Positions 1-9,951 of a stretch of DNA of 50,200 nucleotides are shown here, in pieces (the stretch's first letter is position 1; the number at the start of each line of letters is the position of its first letter). The stretch is from the NCBI GenBank assembly GCA_050745645.1, contig JBOGJZ010000221.1, forward strand, positions 1-50,200, read 5' to 3'. Below the pieces are notes generated by a model. It did no database searches, was not told the DNA's origin, and saw only the letters and a program-made list of their open reading frames with translations. The position numbers were made by a program, and so were the translations under genes. The DNA comes from Terriglobia bacterium (lineage in GTDB: Bacteria; Acidobacteriota; Terriglobia; UBA7540).

Positions 1-236
1 AATTAATCGAGGCGATTCTGGCGCTGGTGGCGGGCGACGCCAAGCTGTTCGTTGCCGCCTTTAAGCTGCAAGCGGCGTTTCAGAACGGGTTGCACGCGCT
101 GCTCGAAGCTCGCTTCGGGCCGCACGCAGATTCCGACGTGTTCAAGCCAAGCACTCGCCATCAAGAAGAAGATTTTCTGGATAATCTGCTTGACGCCTTG
201 GCCGGTGACGGCGATGAGGATGACCACCCAGGGTAG
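1..236 (+). CDS. 3' end of a hypothetical protein (runs off the window start)
   Basis: Open frame from position 3 (LIEAILALVAGDAKLF...DGDEDDHPG) with an acidic tail; the TAG stop lies in the first arm of the 231-330 repeat. No family recognised. Confidence 0.4.
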   Translation, partial: LIEAILALVAGDAKLFVAAFKLQAAFQNGLHALLEARFGPHADSDVFKPSTRHQEEDFLDNLLDALAGDGDEDDHPG

Positions 237-330
237 CCACGGTCAGAGCTTTTCCTGACCGTGGGCTTTTGGTTTGATTGTGATAACAAAAACCCACGGT
301 CAATCACAATACGATTGACCGTGGCTACCC
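231..330. repeat. GTAG-type REP-like nested inverted repeat
   Basis: Terminal IR GGGTAGCCACGGTCA / TGACCGTGGCTACCC, with inner arms CTGACCGTGGG and CCCACGGTCAA. Confidence 0.8.
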
Positions 331-342
331 ACTACCCCCTCT

Positions 343-520
343 CCTGTCATTCTGAGCCGATTCGCTCCTATACGAATCGCTCTGAGTGAAGCGAAGAGGC
401 TCACGATAAACTCCGCGAAGAATCTCCGGCTCCGCCTAGCAGCTCATCCTGTATTAAGGACGACGGGCTTAGATCCTTCCCGACTTCGCCGGGACAGGTC
501 GCTTCGCTCAGGATGACAGG
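343..520. repeat. GTCATTCTGAGC-family palindromic element with nested modules
   Basis: Ends CCTGTCATTCTGAGC ... GCTCAGGATGACAGG; same family as 17373, 30225, 35825, 43723 and 47025. Confidence 0.8.
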
Positions 521-668
521 GCGAGCCGGCTACCACCACAATCGGGAATCGGGGACCGCGCTGTGTTTACACCAGGTCTGCGGGTCAGCCAGGGTGACGT
601 AGATTGCCTGCCGGTCCGGCAGAGCGTAATATGGTGTTTTCGTGGCTTGACCGTTGGGAGAGACTCAC

Positions 669-1805
669 ATGCTGCCCCATGCACTAAAGATTGAAGACAG
701 CAATCTCGAGCCGATCGCCGAAAAAACGCTTCATGGTGAGCGGCTCAGTTTTTCGGATGGCCTTACCCTGTTCCGGTCGCACGATCTGCTGGCCATCGGA
801 TTTCTGGCGGATCATGTCAGACAAAAGTTGCATGGGCGCCGGACATACTTCAATGTGAACCGCCACATCAATCCTACCAACGTGTGCGTGGCAAGCTGCC
901 GTTTGTGCGCCTTTGGCCGCAAGCCGGACGCTCCCGGAGCTTACACGATGGCGCTGGAGGAGGCTTTCCGGATTGCGGGCCAGGGCTGGACAGAAGCGAT
1001 CACCGAATTTCACATTGTTGGCGGGCTGCATCCTGATTTGCCGTTTGAGTATTACGTCGATTTGATTCGCGGATTGAAAGAGCGCTTTCCCACGGTGCAC
1101 CTCAAGGCGTTCACGGCGGTCGAAATCGCCTACTACGCCCACATGACCAGATTGAGCGTGAAAGAGATTCTTGAGCGGTTCAAGGAGGCTGGCCTCGGGT
1201 CACTCCCCGGAGGCGGCGCGGAAATCTTCGCTCCGGCGACACGACGCCGGATTTGCGATCACAAGATCGGCGCCGCGATGTGGATCAGGGTACACCGCAC
1301 CGCTCATCAGATGGGGTTGCATTCGAACGCCACCATGCTTTATGGCCACATCGAATCAGACGAGGACCGCGTGGACCACATCCTCCGCTTGCGTGAGCTT
1401 CAGGATGAAACGCACGGTTTCCAGGCGTTTATTCCGCTCAAATTCCATCCGGCTAATACCGAGCTGGGCAAGGACACCGGGTACCGCGATACAACGGGGT
1501 TCACAGACTTGAAAAGCGTGGCCGTGGCGCGCCTGCTGCTGGACAATTTCCCCCACATCAAAGCCTATTGGATCATGATGACCCCGCGCGTCGCGCAGGT
1601 GGCGCTGCGCTTCGGAGCCGACGACCTGGACGGCACGGTCGTCGAAGAGAAGATTTACCACGACGCCGGCGCTACGACCCCGCAAGTGATGACCCGTTCC
1701 GATCTGATGAGGCTGATCCGCGAGGCGGGCGGAGATCCCTGCGAGCGCGACACCCTCTACCGCCCGGTCACGCGCACCGAAACAACGCTTAGCGTTCAGG
1801 CATGA
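669..1805 (+). CDS. mqnE: Aminofutalosine synthase MqnE (radical SAM, CofH/MqnC family)
   Basis: CxxxCxxC (NPTNVCVASCRLCAF), EFHIVGGLHPDLP, HLKAFTAVEI, KAYWIM, GADDLDGTVVEEKIYHDAG; ATG 669 follows GGGAGAG. Confidence 0.85.
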   Translation: MLPHALKIEDSNLEPIAEKTLHGERLSFSDGLTLFRSHDLLAIGFLADHVRQKLHGRRTYFNVNRHINPTNVCVASCRLCAFGRKPDAPGAYTMALEEAFRIAGQGWTEAITEFHIVGGLHPDLPFEYYVDLIRGLKERFPTVHLKAFTAVEIAYYAHMTRLSVKEILERFKEAGLGSLPGGGAEIFAPATRRRICDHKIGAAMWIRVHRTAHQMGLHSNATMLYGHIESDEDRVDHILRLRELQDETHGFQAFIPLKFHPANTELGKDTGYRDTTGFTDLKSVAVARLLLDNFPHIKAYWIMMTPRVAQVALRFGADDLDGTVVEEKIYHDAGATTPQVMTRSDLMRLIREAGGDPCERDTLYRPVTRTETTLSVQA

Positions 1806-1818
1806 GACTGAATGCGAA

Positions 1819-2017
1819 GCCGTAAAAAAACAAATCTTCACGCAAAGCCGCCAGATCGCAAAGAACCGCAAAGGAAATACCCTTATAATTTGACCTTGGC
1901 GGTTTTTGGATTCCCGCTTATGCGGGAATGACAAAACCTCAAAGCGCCTCTGCGCTCTTAGCGGCTTTGCGCCTTTGCGTGAGGCCTTCTAGTTTTTTTT
2001 GACCCTTCTTTCACGGC
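1819..2017. repeat. Composite palindromic element (TCACGCAAAG...CTTTGCGTGA) with a nested ATTCCC-N8-GGGAAT hairpin
   Basis: Arms TCACGCAAAG (1838) and CTTTGCGTGA (1982); inner GGATTCCCGCTTATGCGGGAATGAC also occurs inverted near 47192. Confidence 0.65.
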
Positions 2018-2074
2018 ACTAACTCAGTTTCGCCGTGAGGCGCCTCAGCGAGGCTGCGCCAAGAGGATTCCGAG

Positions 2075-4744
2075 TTGTCTTCAAGTGAAGGTCGCAAGAA
2101 GCTGATACTGTTTGACACCATGTCTTTGGTGTTCAGGGCGTTTTACGCTCCGATGCAGATGACGCTGGCGTCTCCCAGCGGCTTTCCCACCCAGGCGGTT
2201 TTCATCTTCGTACGAACGCTGCGCAAGCTACTGCGCGATGCTCAGCCAGACTACGCCGCCGCCGCCTTCGACCTCGCAGCGCCCACCTTCCGCGATGATT
2301 TATTGCAGGCTTACAAGGCCAACCGTCCCCCATTTCCCGACGACCTTGCAGTTCAACTGCCCTATGTCCGCCGGTTCTGTCATGCCATGGGCATCGCTAT
2401 CATTGAGAAAGAGGGCTTTGAAGCGGATGACATCATCGGAACGCTCGCGAGCCGCGGCGCGCAGGCGGGCTTTGAAACACTCATTGTTTCAGGTGACGAA
2501 GACCTGTTTCAGCTCGTGAATGACTCCGTTAAGGTTCTAAAGCCATCACGCCAGGCGCGGGACGGTGAAACGCTTTGTGACGAGCAAAAGGTGAAAGAGA
2601 TTATTGGCGTCGAGCCCAGCCTGGTGGTGGACTGGATTGCTTTGACCGGCGACCCGAGCGATAACATCCCCGGGGCGCGCCCGCTGCCCGGCCAGGAGCC
2701 TGCTGCGGAAGCGGGAGCCAAACGGCGCAGTTATATCGGCCCGAAAGGCGCGACCGAATTGATCCAGAAATTCAAAACGCTTGAGGCCGCCCTGGACGGC
2801 TGGGAGCAGGCCTCGCGGCAAAGCTACCGCGAGGCCCTGCGTGATTTCCGGAACGAAGCCTTGCTCAGCAAGCAATTGGCTCAAATTCACACCGATATTC
2901 CGCTCGGCATCGAGCTCGATGAATTGAAGACCGGCTCCACCAACCTCGAAGAAATCTCTTTACTTTGCCAGGAGCTTGGATTCCATTCGCTGTTGAAAGA
3001 ATTTACCGGCGGCGGAAATCAGCAAGTCGAAATAGCCGCGGTGGCCGCGGATGAGCTCACATCTCCGCATGAGATAGAAGCCTGGCTGCGCTCGCTCGAG
3101 CCGTCTGAGCCTTTGGCTGTGTCCGCCGCGTTTGAAGGCGAAGCAGGATTCACCGCGCGATTGACGGCGGTTGGACTCGCAAGCCCCTCACGCCGGGCGG
3201 TGGCGCCGCTTGCAATGAGCGCATCGCGGGGCGATCTGCTGGCGGCGCTCGCACCGGTGCTTTCCAACCCGGCGCGAAGGAAAATCACCCACAACTCCAA
3301 GCTGCTCCGGCTGCTCCTCGCCAAAGAAGGGCTGGCGGTTGCCGGGATCACCGATGATACTTTGCTTTATTCCTACCTGCTTGACCCTTTAGGCTCGTCT
3401 CATTCAGCGACTCAGGTGCTGCTTCGCCGCACGGGCAGGCAGGTTGCGGAAACAGAGACGGCGGCCGCATCGATGGATCTGGCGGGGATACTTGCACCCG
3501 AACTGGAACAGAAAGGACTCACAAAACTTTACCGTGAGATTGAGCTTCCGCTCGCAACCGTCCTAGCGGACGTCGAGGCTGCGGGAGTGAAGATCGACAC
3601 CAGCATTTTGCGGGGGATGTCTTCCGAGTTCGAGTCCAGGCTCGCCGGCTTGACCCAGGAAATTTATGCCCTCGCCGGACAGACGTTTGACATTGATTCG
3701 CCCAAACAACTCGGTGAAATCCTCTTCGACAAGCTAAAGCTGCCCGGCGGCAAGAAACTGCCGAAGAGCGGTCAATACTCCACCGACGCGTTCGTTCTGG
3801 AAGGTCTGGCGGAGCGGCATGACCTGCCACGGCGCATACTCGACTACCGGATGCGCGCCAAGCTGAAATCAACCTACGTGGATTCCTTGCCGCGCTATCT
3901 CGATCCGCACACTGGCCGTTTGCACTCCTCGTTTGATCAGACCGGCTCACGAACCGGCAGGCTTTCCTCCTCAAACCCTAATTTGCAGAACATCCCTGTG
4001 GGCGATGAGTTCGGAAAGCTAATCCGTTCTGCGTTCGTGGCCGAACCTGGATGGAAGCTGATCGCGGCCGACTATTCGCAGATCGAGCTGCGAGTGCTTG
4101 CGCACATGTCTGCCGATCCATTTTTGATCGAGGCGTTTACGCAGGATGAAGACATCCATTCGCGCACCGCTCAGGAGCTTTTTGGCGTCCAGCCGGCCTT
4201 GCAAACCCATGAACACCGGCGAATGGCGAAGGCCATCAATTACGGCGTGATTTACGGGCTAAGCGCTTTCGGCCTTGCCCAACGGACCGGAACGAGCAAA
4301 ACAGACGCCCAGCGTTACATCGACGAGTACTTCCGGCGCTATGAAAAGGTGAATGAGTTCGTGCGCGGGTGCGTTGAGCAAGCACGAGCGAGCGGCGAAG
4401 TCCGCACCCTCTTTGGCCGGCTTCGCCCGATTCCCGACATCCAAGCCCAAAACGCCGCCACCCGCAATCGTGCCGAACGCGAAGCGATGAATACGCCGCT
4501 GCAAGGGACCGCGGCTGATCTGTTGAAGCTGGCAATGGTCAAGTTGCACGCGCGCTTAAAACGCGAAGGGATGCGGACGCGGACCATCCTGACCGTCCAT
4601 GATGAGCTGGTACTTGAGGCTCCGGATGCCGAGATTGAGTCCGCGCGCGCCGTGATCCGGCAGGAAATGGAGCAAGTTTACCCTTTACGAGTCCCGCTGA
4701 AGGTGGAGACCGGAGTGGGAGCTAACTGGCGCGACGCCAAGTGA
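2075..4744 (+). CDS. polA: DNA polymerase I
   Basis: 5'-3' exonuclease (FRAFYA, EADDIIGTL, GDPSDNIPG) and polymerase motifs (TGRLSSSNPNLQNIP, ADYSQIELRVLAH, AKAINYGVIYG, VHDELV); TTG start after GAGGA. Confidence 0.97.
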   Translation: MSSSEGRKKLILFDTMSLVFRAFYAPMQMTLASPSGFPTQAVFIFVRTLRKLLRDAQPDYAAAAFDLAAPTFRDDLLQAYKANRPPFPDDLAVQLPYVRRFCHAMGIAIIEKEGFEADDIIGTLASRGAQAGFETLIVSGDEDLFQLVNDSVKVLKPSRQARDGETLCDEQKVKEIIGVEPSLVVDWIALTGDPSDNIPGARPLPGQEPAAEAGAKRRSYIGPKGATELIQKFKTLEAALDGWEQASRQSYREALRDFRNEALLSKQLAQIHTDIPLGIELDELKTGSTNLEEISLLCQELGFHSLLKEFTGGGNQQVEIAAVAADELTSPHEIEAWLRSLEPSEPLAVSAAFEGEAGFTARLTAVGLASPSRRAVAPLAMSASRGDLLAALAPVLSNPARRKITHNSKLLRLLLAKEGLAVAGITDDTLLYSYLLDPLGSSHSATQVLLRRTGRQVAETETAAASMDLAGILAPELEQKGLTKLYREIELPLATVLADVEAAGVKIDTSILRGMSSEFESRLAGLTQEIYALAGQTFDIDSPKQLGEILFDKLKLPGGKKLPKSGQYSTDAFVLEGLAERHDLPRRILDYRMRAKLKSTYVDSLPRYLDPHTGRLHSSFDQTGSRTGRLSSSNPNLQNIPVGDEFGKLIRSAFVAEPGWKLIAADYSQIELRVLAHMSADPFLIEAFTQDEDIHSRTAQELFGVQPALQTHEHRRMAKAINYGVIYGLSAFGLAQRTGTSKTDAQRYIDEYFRRYEKVNEFVRGCVEQARASGEVRTLFGRLRPIPDIQAQNAATRNRAEREAMNTPLQGTAADLLKLAMVKLHARLKREGMRTRTILTVHDELVLEAPDAEIESARAVIRQEMEQVYPLRVPLKVETGVGANWRDAK

Positions 4745-4803
4745 GGCCGCACCCTCTCTGACGGGAACACTGTCGCGTGTGCTGCGCCAGTGGGACGCGA
4801 GCG

Positions 4804-6105
4804 CTATAGATGTGCGAACGCAGTCTGGCAATTATTGCCAAAGGTGAATGAGTTCACGGTTATTCCAGGCGCGGACGGCCGCAGAGTCACGGTATGGCTG
4901 CCAAAGGACGGGTTTTGGATCAAGTAGTACATTCGAGGCTCACGCACCTCGACATATGAATGGCCCTGCGCATCGAATCGCACGTCAACTCCTTTGTTGG
5001 CTTGCGTCAGGTCCTTGCCATCCTGGGTGATATAGAGCCGCTCAGGATGGCCGTAGGCAACATTCATGACGGAGTACAATTCACGCGCATGATATTGCAT
5101 CACGAGCTTCCCAGGCGTCGAACCTTGCCTCTTCGCCCTGCCCCGGTAGGTCATGCCGTCTTTGCTGGTCTTCCATTCACCAGAAAGCGCTACGCGGCCG
5201 TCGGCTACCGAGCCGGGAAGTTGGTAATCGATCGTCTTGCCATCGTGATAGCCCTGCGGATTCGCCAGCACGCCTCGCCCGTACCAGTTACCCACGTACA
5301 TCTCGGATGTCGGTATGCCGCATGACGGGGCGAACGCATTCTGTTCCGGGGGAATGGTGTAGCTGGCAGGAAACTTCAGGCCCGGATGCGCGGCTTGAAG
5401 CAACTTTTGGATGGCGTGCTCGAAGGCGCTGTCACCTCCCTCACCCACGCGGTGGTAGCGGATGACGCCGTTCGCGTCGATGAGGAACCGGTTGGGCCAG
5501 GAGTCGCTGTGGTACAGATTCCAAATCTCGAACCTGTCATCCACTACGACCGGGTAGGGTAGCGCGAACCGTTTCACCGCCCTTTGGACGTTCACCACAG
5601 AGTAGGCGATGTTGAACTCGGGATCGTGAACGCCGATGATCTCGAAGCCGTAACGGTGGTAACGATTCCACCATTTCTTATTCGTTGGGAACGTTCTGAT
5701 GCAGTTGATGCAGGTATACTCCCAGAAATCTATTAGAACGACCTTGCCGCGCAGGCTGCTCATGGTCAGAGGCGGCGAGTTGATCCACGTGACGCCTGTG
5801 GAGTTCATTTCAGGCGCTGAAGCGATTTCCGGGCCGGGTATTGGACTCTCCATGCCAGACCGCATGGATCCGCCCACTGGCGCCATCGAGCCAGCCTGAC
5901 GAGAAGTACGGTTCAGGCTCGGCGAGGGCTGGGCTGGAAGCAGCGTCTGTTCCGGGGGAGGAAACTCCGGCGCCCTGGTGTTGACCACCTCAAGCTGGCC
6001 CTTGAACAACTGCGGGGACGCCGCCCAACACGGGCCAAGTGTAACGGCCAGCGCCAGCCCGGCTAGAAGCAGCAGTGCATTCTTCAAAAACCATTCTCCT
6101 TGCAT
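4804..6105 (-). CDS. Exported redoxin/thioredoxin with DipZ-like C-terminal domain
   Basis: Signal peptide; WINSPPL..LRGKVVLIDFWEYTCINCIRT, IGVHDPEF, GEGG; C-terminal beta-rich region ending NSFTFG as in DipZ. Confidence 0.8.
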   Translation of the reverse strand: MQGEWFLKNALLLLAGLALAVTLGPCWAASPQLFKGQLEVVNTRAPEFPPPEQTLLPAQPSPSLNRTSRQAGSMAPVGGSMRSGMESPIPGPEIASAPEMNSTGVTWINSPPLTMSSLRGKVVLIDFWEYTCINCIRTFPTNKKWWNRYHRYGFEIIGVHDPEFNIAYSVVNVQRAVKRFALPYPVVVDDRFEIWNLYHSDSWPNRFLIDANGVIRYHRVGEGGDSAFEHAIQKLLQAAHPGLKFPASYTIPPEQNAFAPSCGIPTSEMYVGNWYGRGVLANPQGYHDGKTIDYQLPGSVADGRVALSGEWKTSKDGMTYRGRAKRQGSTPGKLVMQYHARELYSVMNVAYGHPERLYITQDGKDLTQANKGVDVRFDAQGHSYVEVREPRMYYLIQNPSFGSHTVTLRPSAPGITVNSFTFGNNCQTAFAHL

Positions 6106-6426
6106 GTCAGTTTATAACGAACTGTCATATTCGTCATGGAATGCGCCGGCCAATTAGCATTTGAGTTTGAATGTAGCCGTCTTATGCCACCCCATGGCGC
6201 GGCTTGCGACTACCTGCTTCCCATTCTCAGAACATTTTATGGTAATGCGTCAAGCCGTCCTGGAACTATTTTTGGTATACTTAGAGGTCTGAAAGTCAGA
6301 GATTGCCTCCTGAGTCTTATTCGGAGCAGTCGCTTCGCTGGGCACAGCACGACAGGCTGAGCTTTTTCAACAACCTGGGTCTCTGACGAACAAATTCTAA
6401 AGAATGCAAGTAGAAAGGTGAGTTCT

Positions 6427-6612
6427 ATGGCTCGTACATGCGATATTTGTGGAAAGGGGCCGGTGTATGGCAACCGGATTAGCCATGCTCACAATGTAAC
6501 CCCACGCCGCTGGGAGCCGAATCTCCGGCGCGTCCAGGCAATCGTCAACGGATCCAGCAAAACCCTCCTGGCATGCACGTCCTGCATCCGCAGCGGGCGC
6601 GTCAATAAGTGA
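6427..6612 (+). CDS. rpmB: 50S ribosomal protein L28
   Basis: [33 protein letters not shown]...[20 protein letters not shown]. Confidence 0.97.
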   Translation: MARTCDICGKGPVYGNRISHAHNVTPRRWEPNLRRVQAIVNGSSKTLLACTSCIRSGRVNK

Positions 6613-6688
6613 TGCCTGTGAGGCAAAGAAGTTCGGCGTCTGAGCGTGGCCGCAGGACCAGCAGAAGCCGCCGGTGGCATCTCTGCTC

Positions 6689-8836
6689 CTATGGGTTCAT
6701 CACTCGACTAACCTGATAAACCCCTTCAATTTTGCGCAACGAAGAGACGACTTGGTTGAGGTGTTGCATGTCGATGATATCCAGCGTTACGTCGATGGAC
6801 GCTCGCTCGTCGCCCGTTCGCGCTTCAATGTTCTGAATATTGGAGTGAACGTCGCTGATCGCTGACGTGACTTCCGCAAGCAACCCCTGGCGGTCCGCCG
6901 TAGCCAGCGTTAGTTTCACTGGATAGCGGCGCTCCTTCGCTCCCGCCCATTCCACATCAATACGGCGTTCGGCGTCATAAAGCAGATTCTGAACGTTGGG
7001 GCAGGAGCGGGAATGAACGGCAATCCCCTTTCCTCGCGTGATATAACCAACGATGTCCTCGCCTGGTATTGGATTGCAGCATCTGGCAAGGTACACCATG
7101 AGATCATCGTGGCCATGAACTTTGATGGCTGATTGTGCGTCCGCTGTCAGGGCCCGCGTGGCCGGGACTTCGGTGCGCGCCGCTCCCCGAGAATCGGTTC
7201 TCACTGAAGGGAATAGCTTGGCCAGCGCTTGCCGGGGAGAGATCGTCCCATACCCGATCCCGGCGTAAACATCATCCATTTGATGGCAGCCGTATTCCAC
7301 AGCCAGTTTCTGGACTGAATCCTCCGGCGCGTCCTTCAAACTGACGCTATGCTTGCGCGCTTCCTTTTCAAGCAGCCTCTTCCCGATCTCAATGGCTTGC
7401 CGCCTCTCCGCAACGTTAATCCAATGCTTGATTTTGTTGCGTGCCCGCGAGGTTTTTACAATCGCCAGCCAATCCCGGCTCGGGTTGTGATTCAACTGGG
7501 TGATAATCTCGACGATGTCGCCATTATGCAATTTTGACTTGAGAGGAACAATGCGCCCGTTAACTTTAGCGCCCACGCAGCGGCGCCCCACCTCGGTGTG
7601 AATCGCATAAGCAAAATCAATGGGCGTCGCGTCGCGCGGCAGGACGATGACCTTGCCCTTGGGCGTAAAGGTATAAGCCTCTTCAGGATAAAGGTCGATC
7701 TTGAGAGTCGAGAGAAATTCCTCAGGGTCGCGCATTTCCTGCTGCCATTCCACCAGGTGCCGCAGCCAAGCAAATCGCTCCTCATCCTGTGGACTCAGTG
7801 CGCGCCCGTCCTTGTATTTCCAGTGTGCAGCAATTCCCTCCTCTGCCAGGCGATGCATCTCCTCGGTCCGGATCTGAACCTCAAAAGGCTGCCCATTGGG
7901 ACCTATCACCGACGTGTGGAGGGACTGGTAGAGATTCGGGCGGGGAATCCCAATGAAGTCTTTAATCCGGCCGGGAACTGGCCGCCATGTATTGTGGACG
8001 ATCCCGAGCGCGGCGTAACAGTTCTTCACAGAGTCGGTGATGATGCGAACGGCCAGCAGGTCGTAAACCTGCTCAATGGTGATTTGCTGGCGTCTGAGCT
8101 TCTGCCAGATGCTATAGAGGCGCTTAATCCGCCCTTCCACGCGAGCAGGAATCGAATGCTCCTCCATCTTAGCCTTGACGCGGACGCAGACTTCGGCCAG
8201 AAACTCTTCGCTCACCTTGCGGCGGCTTTCCACGGCCTGCTTTACTTCCTCAAAAGCTTCGGGTTCGAGGAATTGGAATGCAAAATCCTCAAGCACGCCC
8301 CGCACCTTGCCCATGCCGAGGCGATGCGCAATCGGCGCGTAAATCTCCAGGGTTTCACGGGCGATCCGTATTCGCTTGTCCGGTGGAAGATATTCGAGTG
8401 TGCGCATATTATGAGCCCGGTCTGCCAGCTTCACGAGCACAACCCGGATGTCGTCTACCATCGCCAGGACCATTTTGCGCAGATTTTCCGCCTGCTGATC
8501 TCCAGGGCTGAAGAACTCAATGCGGCTAATTTTCGTGACGCCTTCTACAATCCTGGCCACCTCCGGGCCGAATTCCGCGCGAATCTGCTCGATCGTGGCC
8601 GGAGTATCCTCCACTACGTCGTGAAGCATGCCCGCAGCCAGGCAAGCTCCGTCTACTTTCATGTCGGCAAGAGTATTTGCTACTTCGAGAGGGTGCGAAA
8701 GATAGGGCTCGCCGGAGAGACGCTTTTGTGCGCGATGCTCACGGGCGCTGAACTCGTATGCTTTGCGCAGCAAGCCCAGATCGTCTGAAGGGCGATAGAC
8801 CGAGACTTTGCGAAGAAGTTCTTCGAACTGCACCAT
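6689..8836 (-). CDS. rel: Bifunctional (p)ppGpp synthetase/hydrolase (Rel/SpoT)
   Basis: HD domain (SGEPYLSHP, LHDVVEDT), synthetase (KDFIGIPRPNLYQSLHT), TGS (GAKVNG), CCNPIPG and ACT domains. Confidence 0.96.
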   Translation of the reverse strand: MVQFEELLRKVSVYRPSDDLGLLRKAYEFSAREHRAQKRLSGEPYLSHPLEVANTLADMKVDGACLAAGMLHDVVEDTPATIEQIRAEFGPEVARIVEGVTKISRIEFFSPGDQQAENLRKMVLAMVDDIRVVLVKLADRAHNMRTLEYLPPDKRIRIARETLEIYAPIAHRLGMGKVRGVLEDFAFQFLEPEAFEEVKQAVESRRKVSEEFLAEVCVRVKAKMEEHSIPARVEGRIKRLYSIWQKLRRQQITIEQVYDLLAVRIITDSVKNCYAALGIVHNTWRPVPGRIKDFIGIPRPNLYQSLHTSVIGPNGQPFEVQIRTEEMHRLAEEGIAAHWKYKDGRALSPQDEERFAWLRHLVEWQQEMRDPEEFLSTLKIDLYPEEAYTFTPKGKVIVLPRDATPIDFAYAIHTEVGRRCVGAKVNGRIVPLKSKLHNGDIVEIITQLNHNPSRDWLAIVKTSRARNKIKHWINVAERRQAIEIGKRLLEKEARKHSVSLKDAPEDSVQKLAVEYGCHQMDDVYAGIGYGTISPRQALAKLFPSVRTDSRGAARTEVPATRALTADAQSAIKVHGHDDLMVYLARCCNPIPGEDIVGYITRGKGIAVHSRSCPNVQNLLYDAERRIDVEWAGAKERRYPVKLTLATADRQGLLAEVTSAISDVHSNIQNIEARTGDERASIDVTLDIIDMQHLNQVVSSLRKIEGVYQVSRVMNP

Positions 8837-9014
8837 GTTTACGCGAAGCTATCCCCCGGAAGCCAAGCCGCCGTGCGGCGCAGCCTGATCTGAATGCGGC
8901 CGGGAATTAGATGTACTCTATCATGGGGTTGGGTTGTGTGCCTTTGTCCCATGGCTTCATTCTAAGGCGAGGCGATGTCCATTCAAAGTCCCGCTGTATC
9001 TCAGGCCTGGGCAC

Positions 9015-9057
9015 AGAAACACAAAGCCCCGGCGCCGAGCCGGGGCTTTGTGTTTCT
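9015..9057 (-). terminator. Intrinsic terminator of the secDF-tonB operon (palindromic, possibly bidirectional)
   Basis: Perfect 19-bp stem AGAAACACAAAGCCCCGGC / GCCGGGGCTTTGTGTTTCT just downstream of the TPR gene stop. Confidence 0.8.
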
Positions 9058-9100
9058 ACCGTAACAAAAGTCTCGAGACAGATTGATTCAGAACGAGCGG

Positions 9101-9916
9101 TTACGATGAGGAAGGAGCCGCTGCCGCCTTGGCCGCTGCCGCCTTCTTCAAGACCAGCGCCTTGCTCACCAAGCTGTCAGCCCTAGCCAGATCCGCTTCG
9201 CGGGCATCCGTGGACGTTTCAAGGTCTGCCTTCTGCCGTAACATCAGGTTTAAATAAGACATAGCATCGGCGTAGTCTGGCTTCAGTTGTAAGGCCTTTT
9301 CGAGAGACTGAATTCCTTCGTCAACCAGCGCGGAATTTTGCGCGGCGAGTTGGTCTATGGCCTTTGCTGGCAAGGGCGGCAGCACATCTGGTTTGGCAGG
9401 GTCTTTGGGTGTGATCAGGTTGAGTTTCTGCCGCAACAGCATATCGTTTTTGTAGGTTGGCTGCCAATCCAGAACCCCAATCCAGTAGTAAGGGTCGGGG
9501 TTGTTGGGTTCAGTTTTCATTAAGCGCAACTGGAATTCTTTGGCCTTGTCGTAGTTCTTCGTCTCGTAATAGATTTGGCCAATACTACCGAGAGCATTGG
9601 AATTGCTAGGATCAATCTGGAGCACCTGTTGAAACGCGTCAATCGCCTGCTGCCCGGTTTTAAGGTTATCCGGGGTATCCCCGCCGGGAACGTATTGCTC
9701 AGCCAAAGCCGTGGCGAGGTACAACCTGGCGTTGAGCAGCGCGGGGTCTAGGCGCACGGCTCGCTGAAAATGGTCGATGGCCTCGGTAAATTGCGCGTTC
9801 CGGTAAGCCATGACGCCCTTGTTCAGTTGGTCGCGCGCCTTCAGCTTGTTGCACCCGGTACATAGGCAGGCGGCAAGAAGCAGTGCACCCACCGGGGCAA
9901 GCTTTTCCACTTTCAT
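9101..9916 (-). CDS. TPR-repeat lipoprotein
   Basis: Lipobox-like LLLAACLCTG-C and several TPR units (A...F..A..LDP, ALQLKPDYADAMSYLNL); ATG 9916 follows GGAGG. Confidence 0.8.
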   Translation of the reverse strand: MKVEKLAPVGALLLAACLCTGCNKLKARDQLNKGVMAYRNAQFTEAIDHFQRAVRLDPALLNARLYLATALAEQYVPGGDTPDNLKTGQQAIDAFQQVLQIDPSNSNALGSIGQIYYETKNYDKAKEFQLRLMKTEPNNPDPYYWIGVLDWQPTYKNDMLLRQKLNLITPKDPAKPDVLPPLPAKAIDQLAAQNSALVDEGIQSLEKALQLKPDYADAMSYLNLMLRQKADLETSTDAREADLARADSLVSKALVLKKAAAAKAAAAPSSS

Positions 9917-9951
9917 ACTGAAATCCTCCGTCTTGCGCCGCAAAGCGCGGC

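Noticed and set aside
7598..8788. 396-aa ORF antisense to rel
   Set aside because: Codon-register shadow of a conserved gene in GC-rich DNA with no recognisable motifs. The same applies to other long antisense ORFs such as 47793-48728, 48973-49839, 32256-33047, 31235-31981, 14537-15250 and 21485-22201.
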